Assembly: GCA_963702435.1 (NCBI GenBank)
Contig: CAVPCR010000001.1
Location: 992,001-1,056,000 of the forward strand
DNA length: 64,000 bases
Direction of reading: 5' to 3'
Origin: Candidatus Eiseniibacteriota bacterium
GTDB taxonomy: Bacteria > Eisenbacteria > RBG-16-71-46 > CAVPCR01
Numbering within the stretch: position 1 is the stretch's first letter; every line of letters starts with the position of its first letter. The notes beneath the pieces are model-generated. The model was not told the DNA's origin, did not search any database, and saw only the letters and a program-made list of their open reading frames with translations. Positions 17,998 through 27,674 of the stretch are shown here, one piece after another. A program made the translations under genes and the position numbers.

Positions 17998-18585
17998 GTG
18001 CTCGAGATCGCCCAGGCCAAGGCCGACCAGATCGGGATCGTCCGGGAGCTCTTCGTCGAGTACGCCCGGTCCCTCGGGTTCAGCCTCTGCTTCCAGGGAT
18101 TCGACCGGGAACTGGAGAGGCTACCGGGCGAGTACGCTCCGCCGGACGGTCGGCTCTTCCTGGCCGTCGTCGCGGACACCGAGCCGGAGAATGGCCGATC
18201 GGCCCCCGGAGACGAGCGCGGGGTCTCGGGGCGGGAGCACGCGGAGCGCGAGCCCGGGGGGCGGGAGCCCGGGGATCCGCCTGTCACGGAACGCGTGGCC
18301 GGCTGCATCGCTCTTCGCCGGCGCGGCGAGATAGGTGAGGGCATCTGCGAGATGAAACGGCTCTACGTCCGCCCCGCCTTCCGTGGTCATGGCGCCGGCC
18401 GTGCGCTGGCCGCGGCGGTGGTGGCCGCCGCGCGGGAAGCGGGCTACCGGCGGATGCGCCTCGACACGATCCCGGCCGAGATGGCGGCGGCCATCGGCCT
18501 CTATCGCGACCTCGGTTTCCGCGACATCCCCCCTTACTACGAGAATCCCATCCCGGGCGCGCTGTGCATGGAGCTCGAACTGTGA
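17998..18585 (+). CDS. GNAT N-acetyltransferase with a low-complexity loop insertion
   Basis: Motifs LCFQGFDREL..LPGEYAPP, CEMKRLYVRPAFRGHGAGR and MRLDT...AIGLYRDLGF. Confidence 0.88.
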   Translation: MLEIAQAKADQIGIVRELFVEYARSLGFSLCFQGFDRELERLPGEYAPPDGRLFLAVVADTEPENGRSAPGDERGVSGREHAEREPGGREPGDPPVTERVAGCIALRRRGEIGEGICEMKRLYVRPAFRGHGAGRALAAAVVAAAREAGYRRMRLDTIPAEMAAAIGLYRDLGFRDIPPYYENPIPGALCMELEL

Positions 18586-18622
18586 GCGGCCGGCACTCCC
18601 GAGAGCACAGGGAAGAACGGTC

Positions 18623-19987
18623 ATGAGCGAGCGCCCGTTCCTCCCGCTTCCCACGGCGAGCCCCTGGGAGCTCACGGAGTACTACCGGCGTCTCAAGGCC
18701 GCGATCATCGCGCTCGAAGCGGCCTACGAGGAAGGAGACCTCGATAGCGCGCTCGACGATCCGGAACGCGGGCTCCTCCTCGGCGGCGACATCATCGACA
18801 GCTATCGCCGGCTCCTCCGCATCCGCAAGCCGCGCGCCACCGCCTTCCGGCGCAACTCGATCCATGCGCTGCTCGAACCCGTGAAGGAACTCCTGTCCGA
18901 GCCGCGCCGCTGGTACGCGGCCAGCGACGCGACACCGGCCGAGGCGGACGGATCTCCCGGACCGAGCGGGCCGGCCGAGCCGGCAGGCGGGAACGCCGGC
19001 GCGGAAAGTGAAACGGCTACCGAGTCAGGAGAGACGAATCCCCTCCTCGATGCGGCGCCCGGTGACGGAGCCGCTCGGGCCGATGTGAGCGGAGATGACG
19101 CCAATCACTCCGAGCTCGCCGTCGCCTCGGCAGTCGATTCGGACCCGGTCTGGTGGGAGGTGCCGACGCTCGGGCCGTCCCTGGTGCAGCTCATCCGCAC
19201 GGCCGGCCCCGGGGGCCAGGTGACCCTCCGCATCGATCAGGCGATCGCAGTCCGCGCCTGGGGCATCGGGCTCGAGATCGATGACCAGCCGACCGCCGAC
19301 GCGGTGGCGACGGTGCTCCTGCGCCTCGCCATCCATCGCGTGGCGATGGACCTCCGCGGCCTCGAGGACATCGAGCGCTGGCTCGCGCGCCGGCCGATCG
19401 CCGAAGACGCGAGCGACGACATCCACATCGTGCCCGACATCCTCGGCCGGCGCTTCGAACAGCTGATGCTCGACATCCTGAACGAGCACGAGCCGATGGC
19501 GCGGCGCGCCCCGCTCGTCGAGGATTTCATCGAGAAGACCGATCTTCGCATCCAGGTGCCCGACCTGAATCGCCGCCGCGGGGCGCGCATCCAGGTGACG
19601 CAGACGACCTACCCGGAGCGGCTCGAGCAGAAGCTCGCACGCATCCGCAATCTCAAGGAGTTCATCATTCTCTCGCCGCGCTCGCTCGCCGATGCGCTGG
19701 ATCACGAGGAGGGAACGGAGCTCCTCTCACCGGCCGATCTGAGTCAATTCTGGTCGAGCTTCTCGCACCCGCCGATGACCGTGGACGAGATGGCGGCCGG
19801 CATCAAGCGCCTCTTCCGCAAGGCCATGGACCGCGGCGACGAAGATCCCCGCGGCCCGATTGCCTTCGTGCCGGAGCCGCTCCGCCGCCTGGTCGTCGCC
19901 TATGTGACGGCCGAGGCGTATCGCAGCACGTCGGAGCTTCGCGAGCGCGAGAGCCGCCAGGGTCGCTGGCACCGCCGGCGGCGGTAG
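18623..19987 (+). CDS. Hypothetical protein with a possible PD-(D/E)xK-like C-terminal domain
   Basis: High-GC3 frame from ATG 18623. Contains GRRFEQ...EDFIEKTDLRI...RIQVT. Confidence 0.6.
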   Translation: MSERPFLPLPTASPWELTEYYRRLKAAIIALEAAYEEGDLDSALDDPERGLLLGGDIIDSYRRLLRIRKPRATAFRRNSIHALLEPVKELLSEPRRWYAASDATPAEADGSPGPSGPAEPAGGNAGAESETATESGETNPLLDAAPGDGAARADVSGDDANHSELAVASAVDSDPVWWEVPTLGPSLVQLIRTAGPGGQVTLRIDQAIAVRAWGIGLEIDDQPTADAVATVLLRLAIHRVAMDLRGLEDIERWLARRPIAEDASDDIHIVPDILGRRFEQLMLDILNEHEPMARRAPLVEDFIEKTDLRIQVPDLNRRRGARIQVTQTTYPERLEQKLARIRNLKEFIILSPRSLADALDHEEGTELLSPADLSQFWSSFSHPPMTVDEMAAGIKRLFRKAMDRGDEDPRGPIAFVPEPLRRLVVAYVTAEAYRSTSELRERESRQGRWHRRRR

Positions 19988-20020
19988 GCCGAAGCCATCA
20001 AGCAGCCCGCGCCGCCGGGT

Positions 20021-20533
20021 CTACGGCCGCGTGCCGGCGAGGTACTCCTCGAGGCGATCGAGGAGCACGGCCTGTGCCGCGATCATCTTCTTGCGGGCGC
20101 CGCGCACCGAGAAGAAGCCGGCGCGATCCACCTCGGGGAACTCGCGCGTCTTCCCCGATCCGGGCGGCCATTCGAGCGGGAAGCTGTTGCTCACGATCGG
20201 CTCCCGGCCGTCCCAGTCGCCGGCGAAGGCCCAGGCATGCACGATCTTCCCGCTCCGCTGGGTGATGCTGCCGAGCGGGATGAACTCGCCGACGGGCTGG
20301 ATCCCCGTTTCCTCGGCGAACTCACGCACTGCCGCGGCGAGTCTGTCTTCCTGTTCGCCGACGCTGCCCTTCGGGATGCCCCAGACGCCGTCGTCCTTGC
20401 GCGCGAAGTAGGGACCGCCGGGATGCACGATGAAGACATCGAGCTGCCCGTCGCGGAACCGGTACATGAGGAGACCGGCACTCTCCTTCTTCGTCGGCAC
20501 TTCGCGCAGACCCTCCCGCTCCGTTCCCGTCAC
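20021..20533 (-). CDS. NUDIX hydrolase
   Basis: HPGGP motif and Nudix box WGIPKG......AAVREFAEETG, followed by FPEVDR. Confidence 0.88.
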   Translation of the reverse strand: MTGTEREGLREVPTKKESAGLLMYRFRDGQLDVFIVHPGGPYFARKDDGVWGIPKGSVGEQEDRLAAAVREFAEETGIQPVGEFIPLGSITQRSGKIVHAWAFAGDWDGREPIVSNSFPLEWPPGSGKTREFPEVDRAGFFSVRGARKKMIAAQAVLLDRLEEYLAGTRP

Positions 20534-20703
20534 CCCGCAGCCGCCGCCGGGGGGCCGGCCGCCGCGCCGGGCCCCGCCTCCATCGGGCTTCGTATGCTAT
20601 GACTTCGTAAGAATATACGAGCGCGACCCCGGAGGAAACACCTTCCCGGACGGCGCGCCGGCGCACCCGGCCACCGGTGCCGCCTGCGCCTTCGCCGACA
20701 GCT

Positions 20704-23295
20704 CTACACCCCTCTCGCCCGCCGGTCGAGAGCGCGCGCCCGGAGCGCCCGCGCCACCTCGTCCGCGCCCTCGATGAGCGTACGCCGGATGGGCGCAGGC
20801 GCCTTCTCGGCGGCCAGGAAGCGCTCCGTCCGCAGAACCAGCTCGTCGCTCATCGCGACGCGCGGATACATGCTGCCCGCGAAGCTCATGGCCACCTCGA
20901 TGTTCCGCTCCGCCCAGAACCCGGGGAGCGCCGCAAAGTACTTCTCGACGTACGGTGCGATGAGATCGACCTGCCCGGGCTGCATGAAGCCGCCCATCCG
21001 CGCCCTCATGAGCGCGAACGATCCCGTCGCCTCTCCGGCGATGCCGGCCCACGCCTCGGCCTTCGCCGCTGCGGCGGGGCGCGCGGCCCGCGCCGACAGG
21101 GCGCGTCGCTCACCCACGTCGGTCGCGTCGCGAGCGCGCTCGGCGGCGATCAGCTCCTCGCCCGCGACCCCGCTCGCGGCGAGGGCCAGCACGCACCGCC
21201 AGCGCAGATCGGTGTCCACCGCGAGACCGGGGACGACCTGCGTGCCATCGAGCAGATCGCGCACGAGCTGCACATGTTCCGCGCTCACCGCGGTCGCGAT
21301 GAAGCCCTCGGCCCACGCGAGCTGGGAATCACTCCCGGGCGCCGCCGACCGCAAAGCCGCGAGCGCCGCGCGGGCGAACTCGTCACGGGCCGCGTGACGT
21401 CGCGCCGGATCGCCGAAGACGTCGATGGCGCTGCGGGCACTGCTGATCAGCGACTCGACCACACCGATGTCGCTCTCCCCCGCGATGTTGTCGAGCACGA
21501 GCCGGATGTAGTCGCGCGCCGGCATCACCGCATCGCGCATCTCGTCCCGGGCAGCCGTCCAGCAGAGCGTCCGCGCGAGCGGATCGTCGAGCGTGGCGAG
21601 ATGTGCGCGTACCGTGCGCCACGAGCGCTCGTCGAGCCTGATCTTCGCGAACGTGAGATCGTCGTCGTTGGCAAGGAGGAGATCCGGCGCTCGCTCGCCG
21701 GCGAGCGTCGGCACGGGCGTGCGCGGACCGTCGATGTCGACCTCGAGCCGCCGGTGCCGGCGGAGCGCGCCGCCGGCAAGGCTGTAGAAGCCGATCCCGA
21801 TGCGATGCGGGCGGAGCGTCGGCCACTCGGGCGGCGCCGACTGCTCGATCGCGAGCGCCCGGATCTGCTCGTCGCCCCTCGTCCCGGCGCCCGGAGCGAT
21901 GTCCATGGCGCCGCGGAGCGTGTTGACGCCGGGGACCGCGAGCCAGGCGCGCGCCCACGCGTCGAGGTCGCGACCGGAAGCCGCGGCGAGCGCGCCGAGG
22001 AAGTCGGCAAGCTCTGCATTCCCGAACTCGTAGCGGCGGAAGTACGCCCGCACGCCCCGCAGGAACTCCTCCTCCCCCACCCAGGCCACGAGCTGCTTCA
22101 GGACCGAGGCGCCCTTCGCGTACGAGATGCCGTCGAAGTTCGAGCGCGCCGACTCGGTGTCGGGCACATCGGCGACGATCGGATGCGTGGTCGGGAGCTG
22201 ATCCTGGCGATAGGCCCACGGCTTGAGCGTCTGCGCGAAGGTGGTCCAGGCGTTCTTGAAACGCGTGGCGCGGACGAGGGCGAGCTGGCCCATGTAGGTC
22301 GCGAAGCTCTCGTTGAGCCAGAGATCGTCCCACCAGCGCATGGTGACGAGGTCGCCGAACCACATGTGGGCGAGCTCGTGCAGGATCGTGAGCGCACGAT
22401 CCTCGCGTGCGGCCGCGGTGACCTTCGAGCGGAAGATCATCGACTCGTGGAACGTGATGCAGCCCGCGTTCTCCATGGCGCCGGAGTTGTACTCGGGCAC
22501 GAAGACCTGATCGTACTTGCCGAAGGCGTACGGATAGGCGAAGAGCTCCTCGAAGAAGTCGAAGCCCTGCCGCGTGATCTCGAAGATCTCCTCCGGATCG
22601 AGATGGCGGGCGAGCGACTGCCGGCAGTAGACGCCGAGATCGAGCTCGAGGTGACGCGCCGCGACGCGGTGATAGGGACCGGCGCACACGGCCGTCACGT
22701 AGGTCGGGAGGATGCGGGTGCGGGCGAAGCGGTGGACGCCGCCGGAATCGGCGGCCGGGGCGGACGCCGCAGCGGCATTCGAGATCACCCGCCAGCCCGG
22801 GCGCGCCGCCACCGCGAACTCGAACGTGCCCTTCAGGTCCGGTTGATCGAAGCATGGATAGACGCGGTGGGCCTCGCGCGGCTCGAAGTCGGTGTAGCAG
22901 TAGACCAGGCCGTCGGCCGGGTCGCGAAAGTGGTGCATCCCGCTTCCGGAGTGCGAGTAGGCGCAGCGGGCGACCACGTGGAGCGTGTTCTCGGCGGCGA
23001 GATCGGCGAGGAGGAGGCGGCCGCCCCGGACCGCGTCCCGGCCGAGCACGCGCCCGTTGAGCGTCGCCGTCAGGACCTCGGCCGCCGTGAAATCGATGAA
23101 GGTGGTCGCGCCGGGCATGGCAGCGCCAAAGCGGACCGTGGCATCGCACTTGAAGGTCTCATCGCCCGAATCGAGATCGAGCGCGATCGTGTAGTGGGGA
23201 TGGGTGACGAGCGCGGCACGCGTGCGGGCTTCCACCCGGGTGAGCACGTCCTTGCCCTGGTCCGGCGCTGCAGGGGAAGCGGTCGGATGGTCCAC
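20704..23295 (-). CDS. pepN: Aminopeptidase N (M1 family, actinobacterial-type)
   Basis: GAMEN, HELAHMWFGDLVTM.WWDDLWLNESFA and NFDGISYAKG motifs with an ERAP1-like C-terminus. Start placed at GTG 23295 after GAGGAGG. Confidence 0.93.
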   Translation of the reverse strand: MDHPTASPAAPDQGKDVLTRVEARTRAALVTHPHYTIALDLDSGDETFKCDATVRFGAAMPGATTFIDFTAAEVLTATLNGRVLGRDAVRGGRLLLADLAAENTLHVVARCAYSHSGSGMHHFRDPADGLVYCYTDFEPREAHRVYPCFDQPDLKGTFEFAVAARPGWRVISNAAAASAPAADSGGVHRFARTRILPTYVTAVCAGPYHRVAARHLELDLGVYCRQSLARHLDPEEIFEITRQGFDFFEELFAYPYAFGKYDQVFVPEYNSGAMENAGCITFHESMIFRSKVTAAAREDRALTILHELAHMWFGDLVTMRWWDDLWLNESFATYMGQLALVRATRFKNAWTTFAQTLKPWAYRQDQLPTTHPIVADVPDTESARSNFDGISYAKGASVLKQLVAWVGEEEFLRGVRAYFRRYEFGNAELADFLGALAAASGRDLDAWARAWLAVPGVNTLRGAMDIAPGAGTRGDEQIRALAIEQSAPPEWPTLRPHRIGIGFYSLAGGALRRHRRLEVDIDGPRTPVPTLAGERAPDLLLANDDDLTFAKIRLDERSWRTVRAHLATLDDPLARTLCWTAARDEMRDAVMPARDYIRLVLDNIAGESDIGVVESLISSARSAIDVFGDPARRHAARDEFARAALAALRSAAPGSDSQLAWAEGFIATAVSAEHVQLVRDLLDGTQVVPGLAVDTDLRWRCVLALAASGVAGEELIAAERARDATDVGERRALSARAARPAAAAKAEAWAGIAGEATGSFALMRARMGGFMQPGQVDLIAPYVEKYFAALPGFWAERNIEVAMSFAGSMYPRVAMSDELVLRTERFLAAEKAPAPIRRTLIEGADEVARALRARALDRRARGV

Positions 23296-23445
23296 GATGT
23301 CCTCCTCGGGCGGCCGGGGGCGGATTCGAGCGGTCGGGCTACCCGGGGCCCGGGTTCGCACGCCCCGGCGCCGCATGGGCCAGGTGGCGCTTCCCTCGGT
23401 CGGCTGCCCTGCGCATAATAGAGGAGAGTCACGCTGGAGGTATGG

Positions 23446-25989
23446 ATGCTCTCACTCCCCGGAGAATCCCCTCGCAGAGCGCGTTCCCTCGCGCGCGCAG
23501 CCGTGGTCGTCCTGACCATCCTCCTCGCAGCGGCCGGGCTGGCGGGCTCGGGCCACATCTTCACCCGCGGCTTCCTCGGGATGAGCCACCGGAACCTGAC
23601 CGTGGCGCAGGTGAGCCGCGGCGGTCCGGCCGAGGCGGCCGGCATCCGCCCGGGCGAGCGCATCCTTGCGGTCGGCGCCATCCCGGCGACCGAGCTGCCC
23701 ACCTGCAACTATCGCCTGCGGAGCATCCGGGTCGGCGAGACGCTCGCCCTCGAGATCGGCGCGGGCGCCGGAATCGCAACGCGCCGGACATCTCTCACTG
23801 CCGCCCGGCCGCCGGAAGGCGAGATCCTCTGGCGCTTCCTCCTCGCCGCGGCCGGGCTCTTCACGCTCGCGGTCGGCTTCCTCCTCGCCTACCAGCGACC
23901 CGAGAAGCTGACGCTCGTCTTCTTCGCCATCTGCTTCTCGATCAGCTTCTTCCTGCGGGAACGGCTGATCATCGAGTCGGCGACCTGGCGCGAGGTCCAC
24001 GACCGCCTGTACGAGCTCTTCGAGCTTCTCCTCCCGACCTTCTTCATCCACTTCTTCCTGCTCTTCCCCGCGCGCCTGCGGTCGGCGCGACGGCGGCTCG
24101 TGGAGCGCCTGATCTACGTGCCGCCCGTCCTCATCACGCTCGGCGTGATCGCGCTGCGCGCGTGGCTGGATCCGGACCCAGGCGGGGCTTTCCGCCGTGA
24201 ATCACTGCGCCTTCTCGTCGCCACCCTCTATGTGCTCGCGAGCACGGCCTTCGCCGTCGTCCTCTTCGTCCGTTCCTATCGCGCCACGCGCGCCGGCCGC
24301 GACCGCGCGCAGCTGCGCGTCGTCGTGTGGGGGACCGTGCTCGGCATCGCGCCCCTCCTCATCGCCTTCGTGCTCGCCAATCTGCTGCCGGCGGTCGGGC
24401 TCCCGGGACTCCGCTACACGATCTTCGCGCTGCTCCTCATCCCCGCCTCGTTCGGGTATGCGGCGTTCCGCTACCGCGTGTTCGATCTCGAGGTGCTGGT
24501 CAAGAGGAGCGTTCTCTACTCGGTGCTGACGGCGCTCGTCATCGGCCTCTACTTCGGCATCGTGATCGGCCTCGGCGGGCTCCTGTACCGGGTGACCGGC
24601 GCCCAGAACCCGCTCCTCGCCGTCGTCTCGGTCGTCCTGATCACGCTCCTCGCCGCACCGGCGCGCGCGAAGCTGCAGCGATTCACCGACCGCGTCTTCT
24701 TTCCCGAGCGCTACGACGCGCGCCTCACGCTCCGGCGCTTCTCGCACGAGCTCGCGCGCATGCTCGAGCTCAAAGGGATCGCGAACCTCCTCGTCGAGAG
24801 GGTCGTCGGAACGCTGGCGCTCGAATCGGCGGCGCTCCTCGTGCAACGCGCACCGGGCGATCCTTTCGTGCCGCAGCGGGCGACGCCGGGCGAGGCGGAG
24901 GAGCTGCCGGCGATCTCCGCAGCGGCGGCTTCGCTCCTCGCCCCCGCTCCCGGCGGAAGCGGAGATGGCGATGGGAGCGAGGACGGCGACGGGGCGCGGA
25001 GCCGCCCGGTGCGCCTCGCGGGACCGGGGGCGGCCGGACGTCTCGAGCTCCTGCCGTACGACGAGCGCCGCGCCCTCGAGCGCTACGTCCCGGCGCTGGC
25101 GGTACCGCTCTGGGGCCGGCATCGGCTCCTCGGGCTCCTCCTGCTGGGCGCGCCGCGCGAGGGAGGCTGGTCGAGCCTCGAGGACCTCGAGCTTCTCGAG
25201 ACGCTCGGCGAGCAGGCGGCGGTCTCGCTCGAGAACGCGCTCCTCCACGAGTCCGAGATCGAGCGCGTGCGCGTGGCGCAGGAACTCGCGGTAGCCCGCG
25301 ATATTCAGAATCACCTGGTACCGGCCGGCGAGCCCGAGTGCGAGTCGATCGTCTTCGCCGGCTCGACGACGCCGAGCCACGAGATCGGCGGCGACTTCTA
25401 CGACTACGTGCCGATCGACGGACAGCGGCTCGGGGTCGCGATCGCCGACGTGTCAGGGAAGGGCATCCCGGCCGCCCTCCTCATGGCCGGGGTCCAGTCC
25501 TCGTTCCGCATGGAGGCGGAGCGCGGCGGCTCGCCGGCCCAGGTGCTCGCCGTGTTGAACCACCGGATCCACACGCTCGGCGAGTCCGATCGCTTCGTCT
25601 GCTTCTTCTACGGACTCCTTGATCTCGAGAGCCGCCAGATCACCTACGCCAACGGCGGGCTCGACCCGCCGATCCTGATCCGCGCCTCGGGGAGGGTGGA
25701 ACGGCTGGTGCGCGGCGGGCCGGTGCTCGGTGTGGTCGGCGACGCGCGCTTCGACGAGGGCAAGGTGACCCTCGCCCCCGGTGACACGCTCGTCCTCTAC
25801 ACGGACGGGGTCGTCGAGCCCGCGGACATCGCTTCGGGATTCGGCGAGGACGACCTGATCGAGTTCCTCGTCGCGCACCGGCACGAGCCGGCGGCGCGGC
25901 TCCGCCAGCTCACGATCGAGCGCCTGCTGGCGCTCGCCGGCGACACGAGCCTCGACGACACGACGTTGATCGTGGCGCGGGCGAGGTAG
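23446..25989 (+). CDS. Membrane sensor PP2C/SpoIIE-family phosphatase with PDZ and GAF-like domains
   Basis: PDZ-like GGPAEAAGIRPGERILAV and multiple TM helices. Phosphatase motifs IGGDFYD, IADVSGKG, LYTDG and DDTT. Confidence 0.9.
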   Translation: MLSLPGESPRRARSLARAAVVVLTILLAAAGLAGSGHIFTRGFLGMSHRNLTVAQVSRGGPAEAAGIRPGERILAVGAIPATELPTCNYRLRSIRVGETLALEIGAGAGIATRRTSLTAARPPEGEILWRFLLAAAGLFTLAVGFLLAYQRPEKLTLVFFAICFSISFFLRERLIIESATWREVHDRLYELFELLLPTFFIHFFLLFPARLRSARRRLVERLIYVPPVLITLGVIALRAWLDPDPGGAFRRESLRLLVATLYVLASTAFAVVLFVRSYRATRAGRDRAQLRVVVWGTVLGIAPLLIAFVLANLLPAVGLPGLRYTIFALLLIPASFGYAAFRYRVFDLEVLVKRSVLYSVLTALVIGLYFGIVIGLGGLLYRVTGAQNPLLAVVSVVLITLLAAPARAKLQRFTDRVFFPERYDARLTLRRFSHELARMLELKGIANLLVERVVGTLALESAALLVQRAPGDPFVPQRATPGEAEELPAISAAAASLLAPAPGGSGDGDGSEDGDGARSRPVRLAGPGAAGRLELLPYDERRALERYVPALAVPLWGRHRLLGLLLLGAPREGGWSSLEDLELLETLGEQAAVSLENALLHESEIERVRVAQELAVARDIQNHLVPAGEPECESIVFAGSTTPSHEIGGDFYDYVPIDGQRLGVAIADVSGKGIPAALLMAGVQSSFRMEAERGGSPAQVLAVLNHRIHTLGESDRFVCFFYGLLDLESRQITYANGGLDPPILIRASGRVERLVRGGPVLGVVGDARFDEGKVTLAPGDTLVLYTDGVVEPADIASGFGEDDLIEFLVAHRHEPAARLRQLTIERLLALAGDTSLDDTTLIVARAR

Positions 25990-26012
25990 GACAGTGGGCC
26001 GTGCAGGAGTGA

Positions 26013-26660
26013 CTACCGGTACCGGGTCTTGACGGCTCCCCACGTCGCCGGTTCGACCGCGAGCGGCGTGACGACCGCCACGGTCGTACACGCGCTCATG
26101 GCGCCGTCGTCATCGGTGACGACGAGCGTGACGGTGTAGTACCCACCGATCGCATAGGCATGTTCAGGTGTCGGCCCGCTGCCCGTGGCCCCGTCGTCGA
26201 AGGACCACTCGTAGGACACGATGGCCCCCTCGGGCGCGGACGACCTGGTGCCGTCGAACTGGATCGGTATGGCGACCGAGCCGTAGTACGGACCGCCCGC
26301 ATCGCAGACCGGCGGGCCGATCTCACCGTAGATGTCGGCGGTCGTGGTGCAGGAGCTCGTCGCGTTCGTGTCGTCGGTGACGGTGAGCATGACCGTGAAG
26401 AGGTCGATCGTCATGTAGAAGTGCAACGGCGTCGGACCCGTGGCTGTCGTGCCGTCGCCGAAGGACCACGCGTAGGAGACGATCGCGCCTCCCGGGGCGT
26501 GCGAAGCGCTGCCGTCGAACTGGACGGGCACACCGAGGATCATGGAGTAGGGTCCTCCGGCGTCGCAGACCGGCTCTGCCCGGAGCGCGCGCGCGGGGAG
26601 GAGCGCGGCCAAAGCCAAGAGCGCCCACGGCCACCACCACCGTCCAACCGGGATTCGCAT
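26013..26660 (-). CDS. Secreted protein with two PKD domains and a C-terminal TWGxxK motif
   Basis: Two repeats of PVCDAGGPY...QFDG..S....IVSY.WSF.DG...LTVTDD. Ends with AVEPATWGAVKTRYR. Confidence 0.85.
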   Translation of the reverse strand: MRIPVGRWWWPWALLALAALLPARALRAEPVCDAGGPYSMILGVPVQFDGSASHAPGGAIVSYAWSFGDGTTATGPTPLHFYMTIDLFTVMLTVTDDTNATSSCTTTADIYGEIGPPVCDAGGPYYGSVAIPIQFDGTRSSAPEGAIVSYEWSFDDGATGSGPTPEHAYAIGGYYTVTLVVTDDDGAMSACTTVAVVTPLAVEPATWGAVKTRYR

Positions 26661-27079
26661 GCAGAGTCCCACCTCTTTGTCGATTCTACCGCTTTCCGTC
26701 CGGGCCCGGCTCGGGCCCGGACCCGGTCGATTTCGCAACGCCTCGCGCATCGAGGTTGCCCGCCGCACTCCTTTCCCCGTTCCCCGGGCAGTCCGCCAAG
26801 TTGAGCCCGGATAGGCAGTTGCATTCCTCGCCCCGGTCCCCGGCAACCGGCACGCCCCATGCGATAAAGCGCTAACGAACGGCACCTATCAGGCCGTTTG
26901 CAGAGATGGGGCGGAAGGGATGGGTTCCGGTTCACCGGCTTGAGTAAGGACGTCCTGACAAGAGGCGACGCCGCCGCCCACGGACGCGCGGGTGACGGCG
27001 CCAGATGCAGACCGCCTCTCGGGGCGACGGACCGACTGCGAAGCCGATCCGCCATGCCGAGCGACGGAGGGAGGGCTCG

Positions 27080-27142
27080 ATGTACAGCCTCCTCCTCGGA
27101 CTCAGCTTCCTCGTGGACATCTTCTGGTGGATCTGGCGCTAG
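27080..27142 (+). CDS. Small hydrophobic peptide MYSLLLGLSFLVDIFWWIWR (20 aa)
   Basis: Below the ORF-track length cutoff. GGAGGGAGGG RBS upstream, 19 of 20 sense codons end in G/C, and the sequence is a single TM-like helix. Confidence 0.6.
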   Translation: MYSLLLGLSFLVDIFWWIWR

Positions 27143-27374
27143 CCAGGCCCATCGAGAAGCGGTCCCTTCGATCGGCACGACCCACCCGGACTAAGGGCGT
27201 GACGCGCGCGGTCCACCCGCTCGGGGCCCGGCCGTGGCGCTTCACGCTCACGGGCGATCGGTAGCCGCGATCGTCGCCGGCAGAGCGAGCAGCGACTCGC
27301 CGGCCGGCAGACGCGTGCGGGACACCCGGGACGCGAGAGCGCGCTCGCGTTCCGGTTCGCGGCGCGCTTGCGAT

Positions 27375-27413
27375 ACGAGGCGGGGCTTCCTCACGGAGGC
27401 CCCGCCTCGTTTT
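27375..27413 (+). terminator. Rho-independent terminator
   Basis: acgaggcggggcttcc-tcac-ggaggccccgcctcgt forms a 16-bp stem with one G-U pair, followed by a T-run. Confidence 0.7.
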
Positions 27414-27674
27414 CATGGGCTGCGCGCCGCTGCTGTGTCGCAACGGATGCCGCTGCCACCGGCGCGTCCGGGATCGTGAATCGGGCGGACCGCCAGCGCC
27501 CCCGTTTCGGGACCACCTGCCACGGGGCCCCGGTGGGCCGCTCCCCGCCCGGGCCTCGGGGCTGCCACTGTCGGCACTTTTCACTACCACCGCGAACGCC
27601 TATACTCCCCGTACGCTCGCTGCTCCCCGCTCGACAACCGACGAAGCGCTACCACCCGGAAGGATTCCGTTTCC

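Noticed and set aside
27080..27142. Trp attenuator leader peptide (contains WWIW)
   Set aside because: No trp biosynthesis or transport gene lies downstream, the terminator is about 230 nt away, and tldD has its own -10-like TATACT at 27601.
26870..27410. Known riboswitch or housekeeping ncRNA (c-di-GMP, 6S, SRP, tmRNA)
   Set aside because: The region is hairpin-rich, but I could not match any diagnostic consensus. An Rfam/Infernal search would be needed.
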